Positions 23,501 to 35,400 of a stretch of DNA of 64,000 bases are shown here, piece after piece. This DNA is from Takakia lepidozioides. Its lineage: Eukaryota; Plantae; Bryophyta. The translations under genes and the position numbers were made by a program. The DNA is taken from assembly GCA_030704615.1 (NCBI GenBank), contig CM060734.1:54622001-54686000 (forward strand), given 5' to 3'. Below the pieces are notes generated by a model. It did no database searches and was not told where the DNA came from. It was given only the letters and a program-made list of their open reading frames with translations. Within the stretch, counting starts at the first letter, position 1; each line of letters begins with the position of its first letter.

Positions 23501-26286
23501 GGAAATAAGTGCATAGCTTCATAAGGATTGTAATCATAGATCCAAATTGAATGTCGTTGACGACATTCACTTTTTTGTCTGAGTCATTCTTAAGCGAGAA
23601 TTTGAATTCACCTGGATTAGGAGCTTAGGGTGTAATTATAGTGTCCCTGATTAGAATTGATAATGTCCCTGAATGGCGTTGACGACATTCACATCCAGAG
23701 TTGTTAAGAGGTCCTCAGAGTTATGTAAGTTTTTGTAATGTCCATAGAGTTTACAGTGAGGGTTCCTCACTCCAGTTTGTTGAATGTCAATGCAGACATT
23801 CAGTTGTTCTGCAATGCTTTTGCCTCTTGCGAGAAATCTTGAGGCTTGATTAGCTGTATTATCAGAGATCCAAAGTGAATGTCGTTGACGACATTCACTT
23901 CTATGTCTGTGTCATTCACCAGCGACAATTTGAATTTACATGGATTAGGAGCTTAGGGTGTATTTATTGGTTCCTTGTTCGGAATTTTGTGAATGGCGTT
24001 GACGCCATTCACATCCAGTGTTATTATGAGGTCCTCAGTGTTATGCTCGTTATGAATGTCCATTGAGTTTTTAGGGAGGGTTCCTTACTCGAGTTTCTGA
24101 ATGTCGTTGCTGACATTCAGTTTCCATCCAATGATTTTGCCTCTTTTGAGAAATCATTAGGCTTGATTAGCAGTGTATTCACAAATCCAAAGTGAATGCC
24201 GTTGACGACATTCACTTCTATGTCTGTGTCATTCCAAAGCGAGAGTTTGCATTCACGTGGATTAGGGTGTATTTGCAGTATCATTGAATGGAATTTTTTG
24301 AATGGCGTTGACGACATTCACATCCGGAGCTGTCGCGTGGTTCTGAAAGGTCCTTGGAGCAGTTCACAGAGCCATTTCATTCCATGTTTTTTTCATTTTG
24401 TGCTACTTGCATCTTACTCACTTCGCGCTTTGGTGGGATTTATCTCATGTTTAACAGGTACACGAAATATGTGCTTATGGAAGGAAATCACTTGAGCGGT
24501 ATTCCAGACTATCTTGACATGTGGTCGGACCCTTCAAACAATCCGACCATGTATACTGCAAGGATATTGAAGGACTGGAGTCCTTCTCACTTCAGAGACT
24601 GTGGCTGGTACCTTGACTGCCCACCGGAGCACACGACCTTTCAAGAACAACACATGAAATATTTGAACAATAATGCTGAGATGTTGGCGCCTCTGACTGA
24701 CGAGCAGTACCAAAGAAAATAGCAACATTGGCTGCCAAGGAACTTGATGCTCAGGGAACGCCGCAGAAGGGAAAGAAGGCAAACCAAAAGACAAGGCTCT
24801 TGATGTCATAGCCATCTCACCAGCAAAGCCAAAGGACAAAGACAAGTCCAAAGAGAAGGAAAATGACAAGGGGAAGGAGAAAGAAAAGGAGATGGAGAGT
24901 GGGCAGGACTTCACTGCTGGAAGATATACCCACACAGTTCAGTGCGTATTCGATGCCAAGCCACACCCTTCCCGTTCTGATTCGGCAGAAGAGATTAAAA
25001 TTGTCAATGAGGGTTGGCTGGCGATGATGCAGAGTCGAAAGAGAGGATACACTGGGGTGCCTTCGCCTACCTGGGACAACATAATCTCATTCCTCAATCT
25101 GGTGAGAATTCCAGTTTCTTTCCTTTTTCTCTGAAAGTTTCATTGGCAGTATTTCAGTCTGGTTCTTTGAAAACATTCTTGCCATCGTTCTTAAAATAAA
25201 CATGTCTGTTGCAGGTGAGCACAGGTCCCACCTTCGTGTGCGGTGTGCAGAAAACATATGCGGCTGACATTGTCATTCTCGACATCCCGGATGGCCAGGC
25301 TGTGCCAGAAGTTCTTCCAAAGGGCAAGACGCCAGGCTGGAACAAATTCGAGGACAACTACTGGAGTTGGGTGTTCGGGTTCTGTAATAATTTCCTCTCT
25401 GATGCAGGGACACTTCTGCTTTTTCAGTCATGTGACAAAGATAGTCGTTGGGCATTGGCATCATACCTGAAGTTTTCAGGGTTTGAAGTTTTGCGCACAT
25501 GGAATTGTGTGAACAGCCTCTACCTTGTGAAAGGGGGTTTCCCTGGTCAGCTGGTATGCCGTCTCCCTTCTGCTTGTGCTTTCATGATGAGTTTCAATGT
25601 TCTCTGCAGCTCCACTCTAGAAGAATCTGTCATGATCGACACTGATCATCACCGATTCGTGATAAAATTGATTGTTTTATGCTTGAGTTCTGAATAGCCG
25701 ATGTGCACACTTCCACTATAGATTGTGTTTACCACACTAACCTGCTATCTTTGGAGGACGAGGATTGTTCGAGGCGATCTGCCTGCGGAGGATTCGCACC
25801 TCAACGACACCATCCTCCATCCGCAGCTTTGAGATTTCTGACCAGGGTTGTTTCGTCAACCCTCCCTATGAGCCGCATGTCGATGACATTTTGTACAACT
25901 TCATGCAGTCCAGTCAGACTCTGAAGAGACCAGATGGTACTCCCTGGAGAGGTGCAAAGGAAAAATTCCCATAGTTCATACAAATACTGCTGGAGTCATG
26001 CAGCCACCACTCTGCACGGGTGGTCGATCTTTCTGTGTCCACATGTTCGTTCTCTCCCTTCCGAATTGATTTTCTTTCACCAGTTCCATCTGCTTAAATC
26101 CCCCCCACTGTTTATGTCCTCCTGTCTGGTGCAGGAGCAACTTACCATGCATGCAAGACAGGCGGAAGAAGCCTTTTTGGCATGGAGGGTGATTCTGACC
26201 TCTACAACACAGTGCTCCTCCCCCTTTTGTCTGGCTCCACTTCAGGCACACAGACTGATCGGATTCAAATTCGAAATGATGAGTAA
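20533..26286 (+). pseudogene. ParB/Srx-domain + beta-class N4/N6 DNA methyltransferase-like fusion gene, copy 1 (spliced, disrupted)
   Basis: ParB-like IPLCRMISMPVVRP...FYVWDNNHRLLAW (22194-22220). MTase ADIVILDIPDG (25281), WRGAKEK, VVDLSVST|GATYHACKTGGRSLFGME. In-frame TAG at 24720 and 25972, frameshift near 21866. The 5' boundary is approximate. Confidence 0.8.
23547..24321. repeat. Intronic array of eight 24-bp palindromes (consensus GTGAATGTCGT-TG-ACGACATTCAC) in a 317-328-bp higher-order repeat
   Basis: Palindromes start at 23547, 23669, 23780, 23875, 23989, 24097, 24192 and 24298. Confidence 0.92.
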
Positions 26287-26336
26287 GTGCTAAACCCACT
26301 TTGGGAGTCATACTCAATTTCTCAATAACATCAAAG

Positions 26337-28100
26337 TTACAGTAATAACTTTTTCAGGCTGTCTTTCAGGAAAGGCATGTCCTCAAAAGGGTCGCGGCGA
26401 TCTGAGAAGCACTGATACTCGGATATAGCTCTCCCTGCATGGTTCGGCGGAGGCAGTCGCATGAGCACTCGCACGAGGCCGACCTTGGCATTAGCGTCGT
26501 CTCGGAGCATGGTATTGTCTAGCAAGAATAGATTGAGCAAAGCCCCGCATAATGCAAGTCCGTTCGAACCTTCGAACGACAGTCGTAAAATGCATCCTCA
26601 GCACTGTCCGCAAGTTCAGGTTCTAAGGAGAAGGGATGATGCCTCAAGGATTGGACGTGCTTCTCAAGATTTTGCATTAGTAATCATGTCTTGTCCATTA
26701 CTGGTTGCTTTCCATCAAACTCCCGCAAGACGATTAACACCGGCTCTACCATATAAACAAAGTTTTCACATTTATTCCAGAAATCATCGCTGCGAATGCT
26801 ATTTCAAACTTTTCGACTTTTGCCCAATGACTTGGTTTTTCTGGAGCCCCGTAATGTCCGTGTGTACGCATTCCATTGATGATCGATGATGGTATGCTCC
26901 AGACTGCTCTTCACCGTCACCAACCGATCCACCATCAAGAAGTTAGTGGCAAAACGAGTTTCGCCTGGATTGCGGAGGCTGTATTTGGGTTCGTACCTCC
27001 TATATATTGCCAAAGGGATGTGGTGTGTGCGGATAAACGACACAACACTCTTCGCTCGTTTGATAAGTTGTTTCACCCACTGTTCTTTTCTCCAATATTT
27101 CAAAAGGAGGTCAAGGATATGAGCAGCACAACCTTGATAGTACATATGGGGATAACGTGCTAATAACATGTCTGCAGTGTTTCTCATGTTAGCGGCATTG
27201 TCTGTGCATATTTGCACGATTCTATCACTTCCGACCTGTTCAATGAAGTCCGTCAATAGTTGGCATTGATAACGTCCATCTTTTTTCTCGCCGCTAGTGT
27301 TGATCGATCTCAAGAATTATTCCCAGCTGGACATACGAGCATGACATTGAACAACGGTCTGTTTGTAACAGAACTCCAACCATCGACACATATAGTGCTT
27401 CCATATTTTTTTTGATGCACTTGCCCGTCCTATCGTTGACCTTTTGGGTAAGCTCGGTCATGACGTCTTCTAGCAATCATGTGCGGAGATTGTGATAAGT
27501 CGGAGGCACATACGTGCATCTGGACTCCGAGGTTGCTCTAACGGCAGAAACAAATGTCGGAAGCCTTGTCACATTAAATGATATATTGGCCTCGAAAAAA
27601 AACTGCGCCCATTTTTTATTCAACTGTTTTTCGTAGACAAGTTAAGACCTTCCTGCATGGATTGCTGTCGTAATCCTCTACTCCGTTGACGTGTAGGGGT
27701 ACAAAAAGGTGTTGAAGCAGGTGTTGCTCCGGCACAACCCACTTGTCCAAGGACACCCGAAGCCTCACAAGAGTCGCCTTGGGTACTAATCGGGGCATCC
27801 TGACGAGAAGATGAAGTGTTCTGCTCAAAGGTCATGTCCAGATTCAAAGACATTGGAATATTGCTTCTACACTGGGCAAAGTGGCTTTTTATCCGCATAG
27901 ATGCTTTAGGGCATAAACCCACCCCAGCGCTCTTCACACCTTTATAGCCGAGGTGAGCGAGCAAGCAACCGATCCTTACGATAAGAAAGCTTTAATCCAC
28001 ATATGTTGCACTCAACACTATCGGTGGCACTAACAGTGTTCGGGATTGCCGTATACCAAGGGCTCCATTCCTCCCTCATCTTCACCCAATATCCACTCCC
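26337..28100 (-). mobile_element. Degenerate hAT transposase (BED-finger-like N-terminus, DUF659-type core), 3'-truncated
   Basis: LAHLGYKG...VGLC, IEQVGSDRIVQICTDNAANM, GCAAHILDLLL and PGETRFATNFLM. Multiple frameshifts and stops. Confidence 0.88.
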
Positions 28101-28929
28101 CTGGGACCTAGTGATGTAAGCAACAAAAAACAGTCACCTATAAATGAACGTGTTGTAGAGTGCAATGCGATAGCCCAACACTTCTACACCTGTCAGCAAC
28201 CCAAGTGGGTCGATGTGGGTTGTAATGTTGAGCTTATACACAATCTTCTGAAGTGGCTTTGGTGAAAGCCACAACGGTAAAAAGTGCGCACCCTCCTCTT
28301 GGGCTACACTTTCATTCAATGGAAGAGAACATCCAAAGCAACCTCAAGTGTTTGCGCCAAAAGAAGTGATGAGCTTGGTGACCCTCCTCCTTTATATATG
28401 ATCCAAGAAGGATGAAAGTGAAATAAAAGTGAAATGAGTAAATGACGAACCAATAGCGCCCACCCGAAAAAGGCTGTAAAACCATATTTGTTGTAATTTT
28501 GAAATTAAGCGACCGCTAATATTACGATCGTTATTTTTATTTTTTATGAAAAACAAGCGGCCGCCACTACTACAGTCGCTTTTATTTCCTTAGTCATTTG
28601 TGGCGAGTCTGTTTTCGACAGCCCCCTTTCCAATTTTTTGCTTCCTGATTATGCCGAAGCAGTGACACTTACCGCGGCCGAGTCCCTATCCCCTCAATTT
28701 TTACTGCCCGGCCGTAGGTGTAGCCAACGTAGATCCGGAGTTCTTAAATACTTAGACTTAGATGCAGAGGAAGCGGGGATACATTGTACTGACTCTGAGT
28801 CAGACTGAACTATGTTCTTTTAATATTCTGTTTCATCCTCTTTGGAAAACGTTGAATCCCCTTCCTCCACCGTAGTTGTTCCTTTTGAAAGAAAAATAAT
28901 CAAAGAATCAACTACCATTTAAATTGCAA

Positions 28930-29290
28930 TATGTATGAATCCATCTCACAAACCTCCCTCACTCTTGTCATATCCATTGTGCTTTCATCTACAGTGTATT
29001 CATGCGTGCTCCATTCATGAATGTTTTCCTTTGTTCAACATCCATTGTACATTCATCCTCTGTACTCTTTAATCCACCCCACAAACCTACCACACTCATG
29101 TCATATACGTTGTGCATTCGTCTAAAGTTTTAGTTATGCATCTTCCTGTCATGAATGTTTTTCATTGCTCAACATCCATTATACATTCATCCATTTGACT
29201 CTTATCCATCCCTCATTCATCCATCTACATTCATTTTTCACACTCATCCATCTGTTTATCATCCAATTGTACATTCATCCATCCTTTATT
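28930..29290. repeat. About 134-bp tandem duplication grading into CATCCA/CATTCA low-complexity sequence
   Basis: aatcca..cacaaacct...catgaatgtttt...caacatccatt.tacattcatcc occurs twice (about 28937 and 29071). Confidence 0.7.
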
Positions 29291-29347
29291 CATATGTTGC
29301 TTTCAGGTGGGAATGACCACTGCCTTTTATTATGTCGTCCAGCTTGT

Positions 29348-29515
29348 TTCCGCGGTAAAGGGTGCCAATCCGCGGGAATACACTCCACTTCTTCCTGGGC
29401 ACGTGGTGACGCGGTCTTCAAGTGTGATGACGTGGAGTGAGCCCCCTATGTGGCATTGGCGCAAGGTGACGTAGTGGTGTGGCTTGGCTCGCGCTCAGGC
29501 TCACGCTCACGCCGA
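29348..29515. repeat. Orphan MULE-like terminus related to 5480-5659 (inverted)
   Basis: ttccgcggtaaagggtgccaatccgcgg aligns to the reverse complement of about 5634-5660 (ttccacggtcataggaccatccgcgg). The gcttg...gctcacgcc block is also shared. Confidence 0.5.
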
Positions 29516-29519
29516 GGCA

Positions 29520-29850
29520 TCCCTGTGCTGGGACTGGCACAGCGGACTCCCTATGCAAGCTGGACATAGGCGGTCCTCCTGTTGCAGGTTTTCCCATCTG
29601 CCAGTCTCAATCCGTAGGTTGTGGGAACCCACCCTGAACCGCCCCAATGCCCTCAGGAGGGAAGGAGATAAGGCGAGAGAAGGCAGAGAGATCCTGTGAC
29701 CTTGCTCATAAGGCTTGATACGATAGAGGAGAGGAAGAGGGCGCTTGATTTGAGTACAAAATTTCTCAGCAGTTGGGTGTTTCGATGCACACGCTTGTTC
29801 CAGGAATTCCACACTACCTATATAGCTTGAAGGGCTATGGCAGATGCATG
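29520..29850 (-). mobile_element. 3' fragment of a second LINE family
   Basis: RRALGRFRVGSHNLRIETGRW...DRLCPAC is a typical non-LTR RT C-terminal motif. Confidence 0.75.
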
Positions 29851-32409
29851 AACAGGGGAGAAGCGCCGTGAAGTGAGTGATAGCGGCTGGGGGCGCATTT
29901 GGGGGCAATCGAGGCTTGCAATCCATTCCTCCTGAGAAGGGGGTGTTGGACCACCTCCACGAGTGCCAATCCGTCTCTCTCCCTCTGTCTCACAGACACA
30001 TGCGCACACACACGCTTACCCATGGTTGTGTTGTAGTAAAGAGCTGGGCGGTAGTGACTAAGGGGAAGCTGCTGATTTCTGGGCATGGCGGGGTTGAAAG
30101 TATCATGGCAACACATAGCTGACCTTGAAAATCCTTCTCCATTAGGTGACGCCCCCGCATGCAGAACCTTATGAGACTCAATCACTTGATCTTTTCATCA
30201 TGTGCAGTGGTCAAGAGTAAAGGGTCCAGAAAGCGGCCGATCTTTCAGCTCCGAGAGAGCTGACCAGTTTCCTTATTGCCATCTGAACAGCAAATTAACT
30301 CACTCTGAAATGTTACCAAACTCTCACCTGCTATACCAACCATGACATTTGGCTAAGAGGGATTGGCCTCAAGCAATTTTCCTCCTACTGCTAATGACCG
30401 TAATCCAATGCATTCCTGCACAAAGACAACAGAGGCCATCACTTCTGAGACAAACCTTCAATGTGTATATGGAATGGCATGCTCTTTGTGAGCCAAGCAG
30501 AATTCTCCTGCAGCACACACACACGAAAATGGATCTTGATGTTACCTTTGCATTAAGTTTGTATTGATAAATCAACTGTGCCACCATCCTCTATATCAAG
30601 CCCTATGCTCTCTGATCAGGTCTGAATGGCCCTAATTTTGGCTCTCAGTCACCATAATGGCAGTGCTAGTATCAGAGACCTACAAAATAAACAAGCTAGG
30701 AGACGCATGCATACCCAGGCTTAAAGCCATTGATTGATACCATCAAGTGCCCAGCCAGCAACTGTTCCCTCAATGAGGGCCTGCATCAGTGCACAGTAAT
30801 CTAGCAGGTGGCTGCTGCTGGTGTTCACTAGAAAAGCACCTGCTAATGGCCTCATTCTTTATCAGAGGGCATCATTTCACATGAAACCGCACTTCCTACA
30901 CTTACACAATAAAGATCTCTGGCACAAAAGGTCATCAAGCAAATGGACTTCAACAGAAGGAAGTGTTCCATCAGCATATGTATACATGAATGATGATCAT
31001 GAACATCTAAATCATGTTAAACAGGTGATGCAGTTGAGCTTCTCTGCTCATGGCTGTCTGCTCAGAAGTGCATGACTGTGCATGAGTTGATCTTTTCCAT
31101 CGTCCTCGTCTTTGATCTAGACTTGTGCTGACAACAATCTAGTGAGCTTCTTTGTAGGTCTGTGCTCTATGCACTCTACTTTTGCATTCTACAGTTCACT
31201 TCTTGTGATCCGGCCATGCAGATAAGGCCAAACTTTCCAGGTAAGGGGCATTGTATTTTCGTGTAAGTGCTTACATGGTTTTGTGCCTCTAAATAAACCC
31301 AGACAGCACAATCAGCTTCAGTACCTGTCTGGAATTGTATCACTCCAACATATACATGGGGATCAAGTCAACCACATGTCAAAGGATATATCACTACCGA
31401 TGCAATGTCTCTGCAACATTTTTCTGCTGGTTGAGTTCTTTGAGTGGTCCGGTAATTGAATTCACTCTATGCTCATCTACTCTGTCTTGCTTTTCCTCCT
31501 CAGCAAAGGGTTATGAGGTTGGTCGCTCGCACTGGCTTCATGGTAGAAGTACTTCTGAGAGTACTTGAGTAGTCCATCATGTTGCAAACCAGTAGAGGAA
31601 CACAATGGGGTTTGCTGCGTGCTGTGCATGCGTGCAGGTGCTTCTGGAAACAGGACTTCAGTTGGAGATTAATTTGGGAATAACTGCCGTGAGTGACACT
31701 AGTCTCTTCACATCAATCTCTCCTGCAACATAGTTGAATGACTTTGGGCCTCCAGCTGAGTTGAGGAATTACTTAAGTCATTTGTATTTTAATGATGATG
31801 CTGTCTCTGGTTATTGAGAGTTGCGTCTCACTGACTGCACCCAAAATGGAAATTCTCTCAGTTTTCTTTGCCAGTAGGGGACTTGGCGAAGTAGCTTTTC
31901 AAAATGAAATTGTCCGAAGAACCTTCGAAAACAGAAATAGCCCAAGCTACTTGTGAGTTATGTTTCATACCTTGGACTAAATTGGAATAATGTGTGCTTA
32001 CAGCTGCACTGCCTTCTTCCATGTCTAATAACAAGATGACAACTATGGTGGTCAAAATATTTTATAGAGGATGCATTTTAGACATTCAGACAGTTGTGCC
32101 AAAAACTCAGCTTCCCAGAGAGGAGCTGTTTTCTGCACTTCCAAAGGATGGTATGCAAGACCAGGCAATTAGCTGTAACTTCTGACGTTGCATGAAAATA
32201 CTGGGATATGCACCGTTGCATTAAGAGAAACATGTACCAGGCTGTTTTGTCCATTGGTGGCTGAAAGCTTATGGTTGGCAAGTAAAGTTCCAAAATGAGA
32301 TTCCCAAAGAGAAAACCTGACAGAGAGAGCTGGTTTTCTTGCCCCAATAAGCTATAACTGGAATATGGTAAGCTAATTACATACCGGTCTTCCCATATAT
32401 CATACTAAC

Positions 32410-35400
32410 TCACAAAGAATCTGCTGAATGTGCAGGAGAATCTTCAAGATAGTCGTCGCTCACCTTGCTTCTGAAACTGTCAATGAACGCGAGATCGACT
32501 AAACTGTCACTCTCTGTATCAACAGAGATCTCTTTCTGCTCAGGGTTTTGCCAGCCTTTCAAGGCCGTCACCAACTCTCTGGCTGCTTCAAGGGCATATA
32601 AATTTCGGCCCGAAATACGAGCCGCAACCATGGAAGCACCTAAAATCAACATTACCAAGAGAATGCAAGGGCATGTTAGAAAGGGCACATCTTGTTATGA
32701 TCAATTCAAGAAACTCCAATGATGGAGAACATACCTGTGCCAGCAGTGAAGTCGAACACACATCCTCCCACTGGTGAACATGTCTCTATTAGAACTTGCA
32801 TAAAGTGAGGGGGGCTTTTTTCTTTGGAGCCACGCCAATATTTCTGAATGCCTGCACTACACTTCAACTTCTCTGTCGGCACATGATTGAAGATGACGTT
32901 TTGCTTTACAGGGTCGAACAAGGAGTCCACTTGAGAGCCTCTCTCGAACAATCGAAACTTCGACCTTGCCTTGACAAGGCAAAAAGCAGAAACATGCTCC
33001 CCTGCATGTTTCGAAATCCATAGCCTTATAGTAAAACATCAACAATCAGTCAATCCTATTCAAATCAACCTCATTATCAAGTTCGCAAGGTTTCTTCAAC
33101 GAGTCCTTGAATAGTGAAAATTGAGCTCACATGTACGGTTTTTGTATCACGTTACCTATGCAATGCACACATTGAAACACACTCTCTATGTCCAATACCC
33201 AACCCATATACTAGCAACGTACCAAGGATCCCAATGTGCAATCGACACACCAGGTCATAACTCCTAGCACTAACCTCTCACTCGCTGATTTGACAGATAA
33301 GGATCCTCTAAAGAGGATGTTAAAAGGGGAGGCACCACCCGGTTGCATGCCTCCTTTTTCAGACAAGACAGTGACATTTGCTGCAGTAGTTGGAAAGGAA
33401 TAGCCTAAGAGCATGGGGGGTGGTAGCATTGTAGATTGTGGGATGGATGGTAGCACAGGTACACGTATGGAGCTATCAGCTGCTGGTAAACAGGGGAGGT
33501 TGCTGCAGTTTCCCGCATATCTGGACAGGGAGACAGCAGAGCACTATGCCCATGATCAATGAGGTGCAGACCAGACTGGGCTGACAGAATGCAAAGAAGG
33601 CAGGGGATGGCACATCAAGTATCACGAAGGCAAGGAAGCAGAATTGATTGAAGGAGCAAAGTTGTGGTGAACCAGCATCTCTACATGATATGGTGGGGGA
33701 AGTGGGTGCAGAAAACCAGGAAGAGGACAGCCTGGCACAGCAGTCACCAGAACCTGCTACAGCAACAGCAAGGACTGGCCAGGTTATGGGTCCTGTCTGA
33801 GGCTGCGAAACCACAAGTGCTTACGTATCCACCTAAGGTTTCAGCACACAGAAATGGACTTTTCAAACCAGACAATTTGATATCCTTGAAAAAACACTTC
33901 CAAGATAGAACAACATTTCTAGTACTCATAGAGAAGCAAAATACTCACCAATCCACTCTCCCCTTCAGGAACCAGCATTTTGTTCTTTGGAAGTGTCAAT
34001 AGCTGGGTGTTGATGACCTTCCAATGGCGCACAATCTTGGTGAACATCAGAGCTGCACCCGCTTGGGCAGGTTGGGTTGATTTTATGATCTCCCCAACCA
34101 TGTCAATTCCGTCCCTGGTGAGAAGCACAAGACAACCGTTGTCTTCCAAAAGATGTTTGGCAAGCCACATGGCATCTAAAATAGATTGACGGTGGTTCCA
34201 GTGGGGGCACTCTGACCCACAGAGCTCCACTTGAAGACCGTCAGCAATATCCACAATTACAAGGTCAGCAGCTCCTGGAGCGATTTGGCCCTTCCGAAAC
34301 ATTTCCCGTCCAACACAAACTTTCCTCATGAACTCTTCCATCTGCTGAAGTTGTGAGGGGCAGGGTGCATTCCGATCATTTCTCTTGTCCACCATCCTTT
34401 TCTTGACCAACTTCACATAATCCACATTGTGGGCTTCAATGCAAACTACTAGTAAATCCTGCGAAATAGATATGGCCTCATACATCGGGTAATCACTATC
34501 TGGGGCAAGATCTTAATTGCACTTCATCCTTTTTCCCTTGGGACATGGAAGGGTGTCCGTGTCCATTGAATTGTCAACAAATGTCTCGGGAGCTTTTTCT
34601 TGAATGACATCTTTTTTCGCACGTGTTCGTCTCGCTATCCCTGGACTGTCAACCACCTCATCATCCACCTCTCTTTGTCTCCTAGGAGGCTTGGATGGAG
34701 GCCAACCACCTCTCCTCTTCTTTGGTGGTTCATTTCCATCCACCTTCTCTTTCATGTCCTCCAACTTTTTAGCCTCCTTCTCGACTCTCTCTCTCTCCAA
34801 ATTATTAGCTTCCTCCTGGGACAAATCAATAGGTTTCCTCTTTTTCTCTCTCCGCCTTTTCTGCATTGGGAATGGTTCCCGGCAAATCCATCCACCAGGC
34901 ACAAAGTGTGAGCTCATCATCTTTGTAACTCCTAAGTTGACTTGCATTGTACATAGTGATCTGGGGCTTCCTCGATGCCCATCCCAAAATGCATGGTGGA
35001 ACCTCATTCACAGCTTGTTCTGGCATTAGGAGGTGATTGTACCACCTACAAAATAAATCCAATAGGAAGTTTGAGAGAATCCTAGAGAAATATTTTGAAG
35101 ACAAAGAGAGACTAATTTGCAAGTTATAGATCATCATTTTCAACAGTCTTTCAACTATCAAACCTGAATATGATCCGTTTGGCAGCCAAAATCACACCAG
35201 GCTGCTCATCCACAGTTTTGCTTCGAGATGCCCCGGAAGCCAATCTCTCTGGTAAAGAGCTCATCAAAATGTAGATGCTTCCACTCCAATGCATATTTTC
35301 GCAGTGTGACAGCATGCTTGGGAAGAATCGCAAGGTTTGACTTGACAATATAATCGAGCTGCATTTCTGCTTCAGTAATTGCCTGTGGTGGTCAAGTTCT

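Noticed and set aside
23547-24321. CRISPR array interpretation of the palindrome-plus-spacer pattern
   Set aside because: Spacers are 70-100 bp and recur every third unit, so they are not unique. The array sits in a eukaryotic intron and there are no cas genes.
20140-29515. Single composite element containing ParB-MTase copy 1 plus the hAT transposase
   Set aside because: No TIR pair or TSD found. The hAT is truncated about 50 bp from the MTase stop, which fits nesting or deletion equally well.
30300-32350. Possible decayed coding sequence downstream of ParB-MTase copy 2 (also 33200-33900 and 53400-54050)
   Set aside because: Many stops and no motif I can assign.
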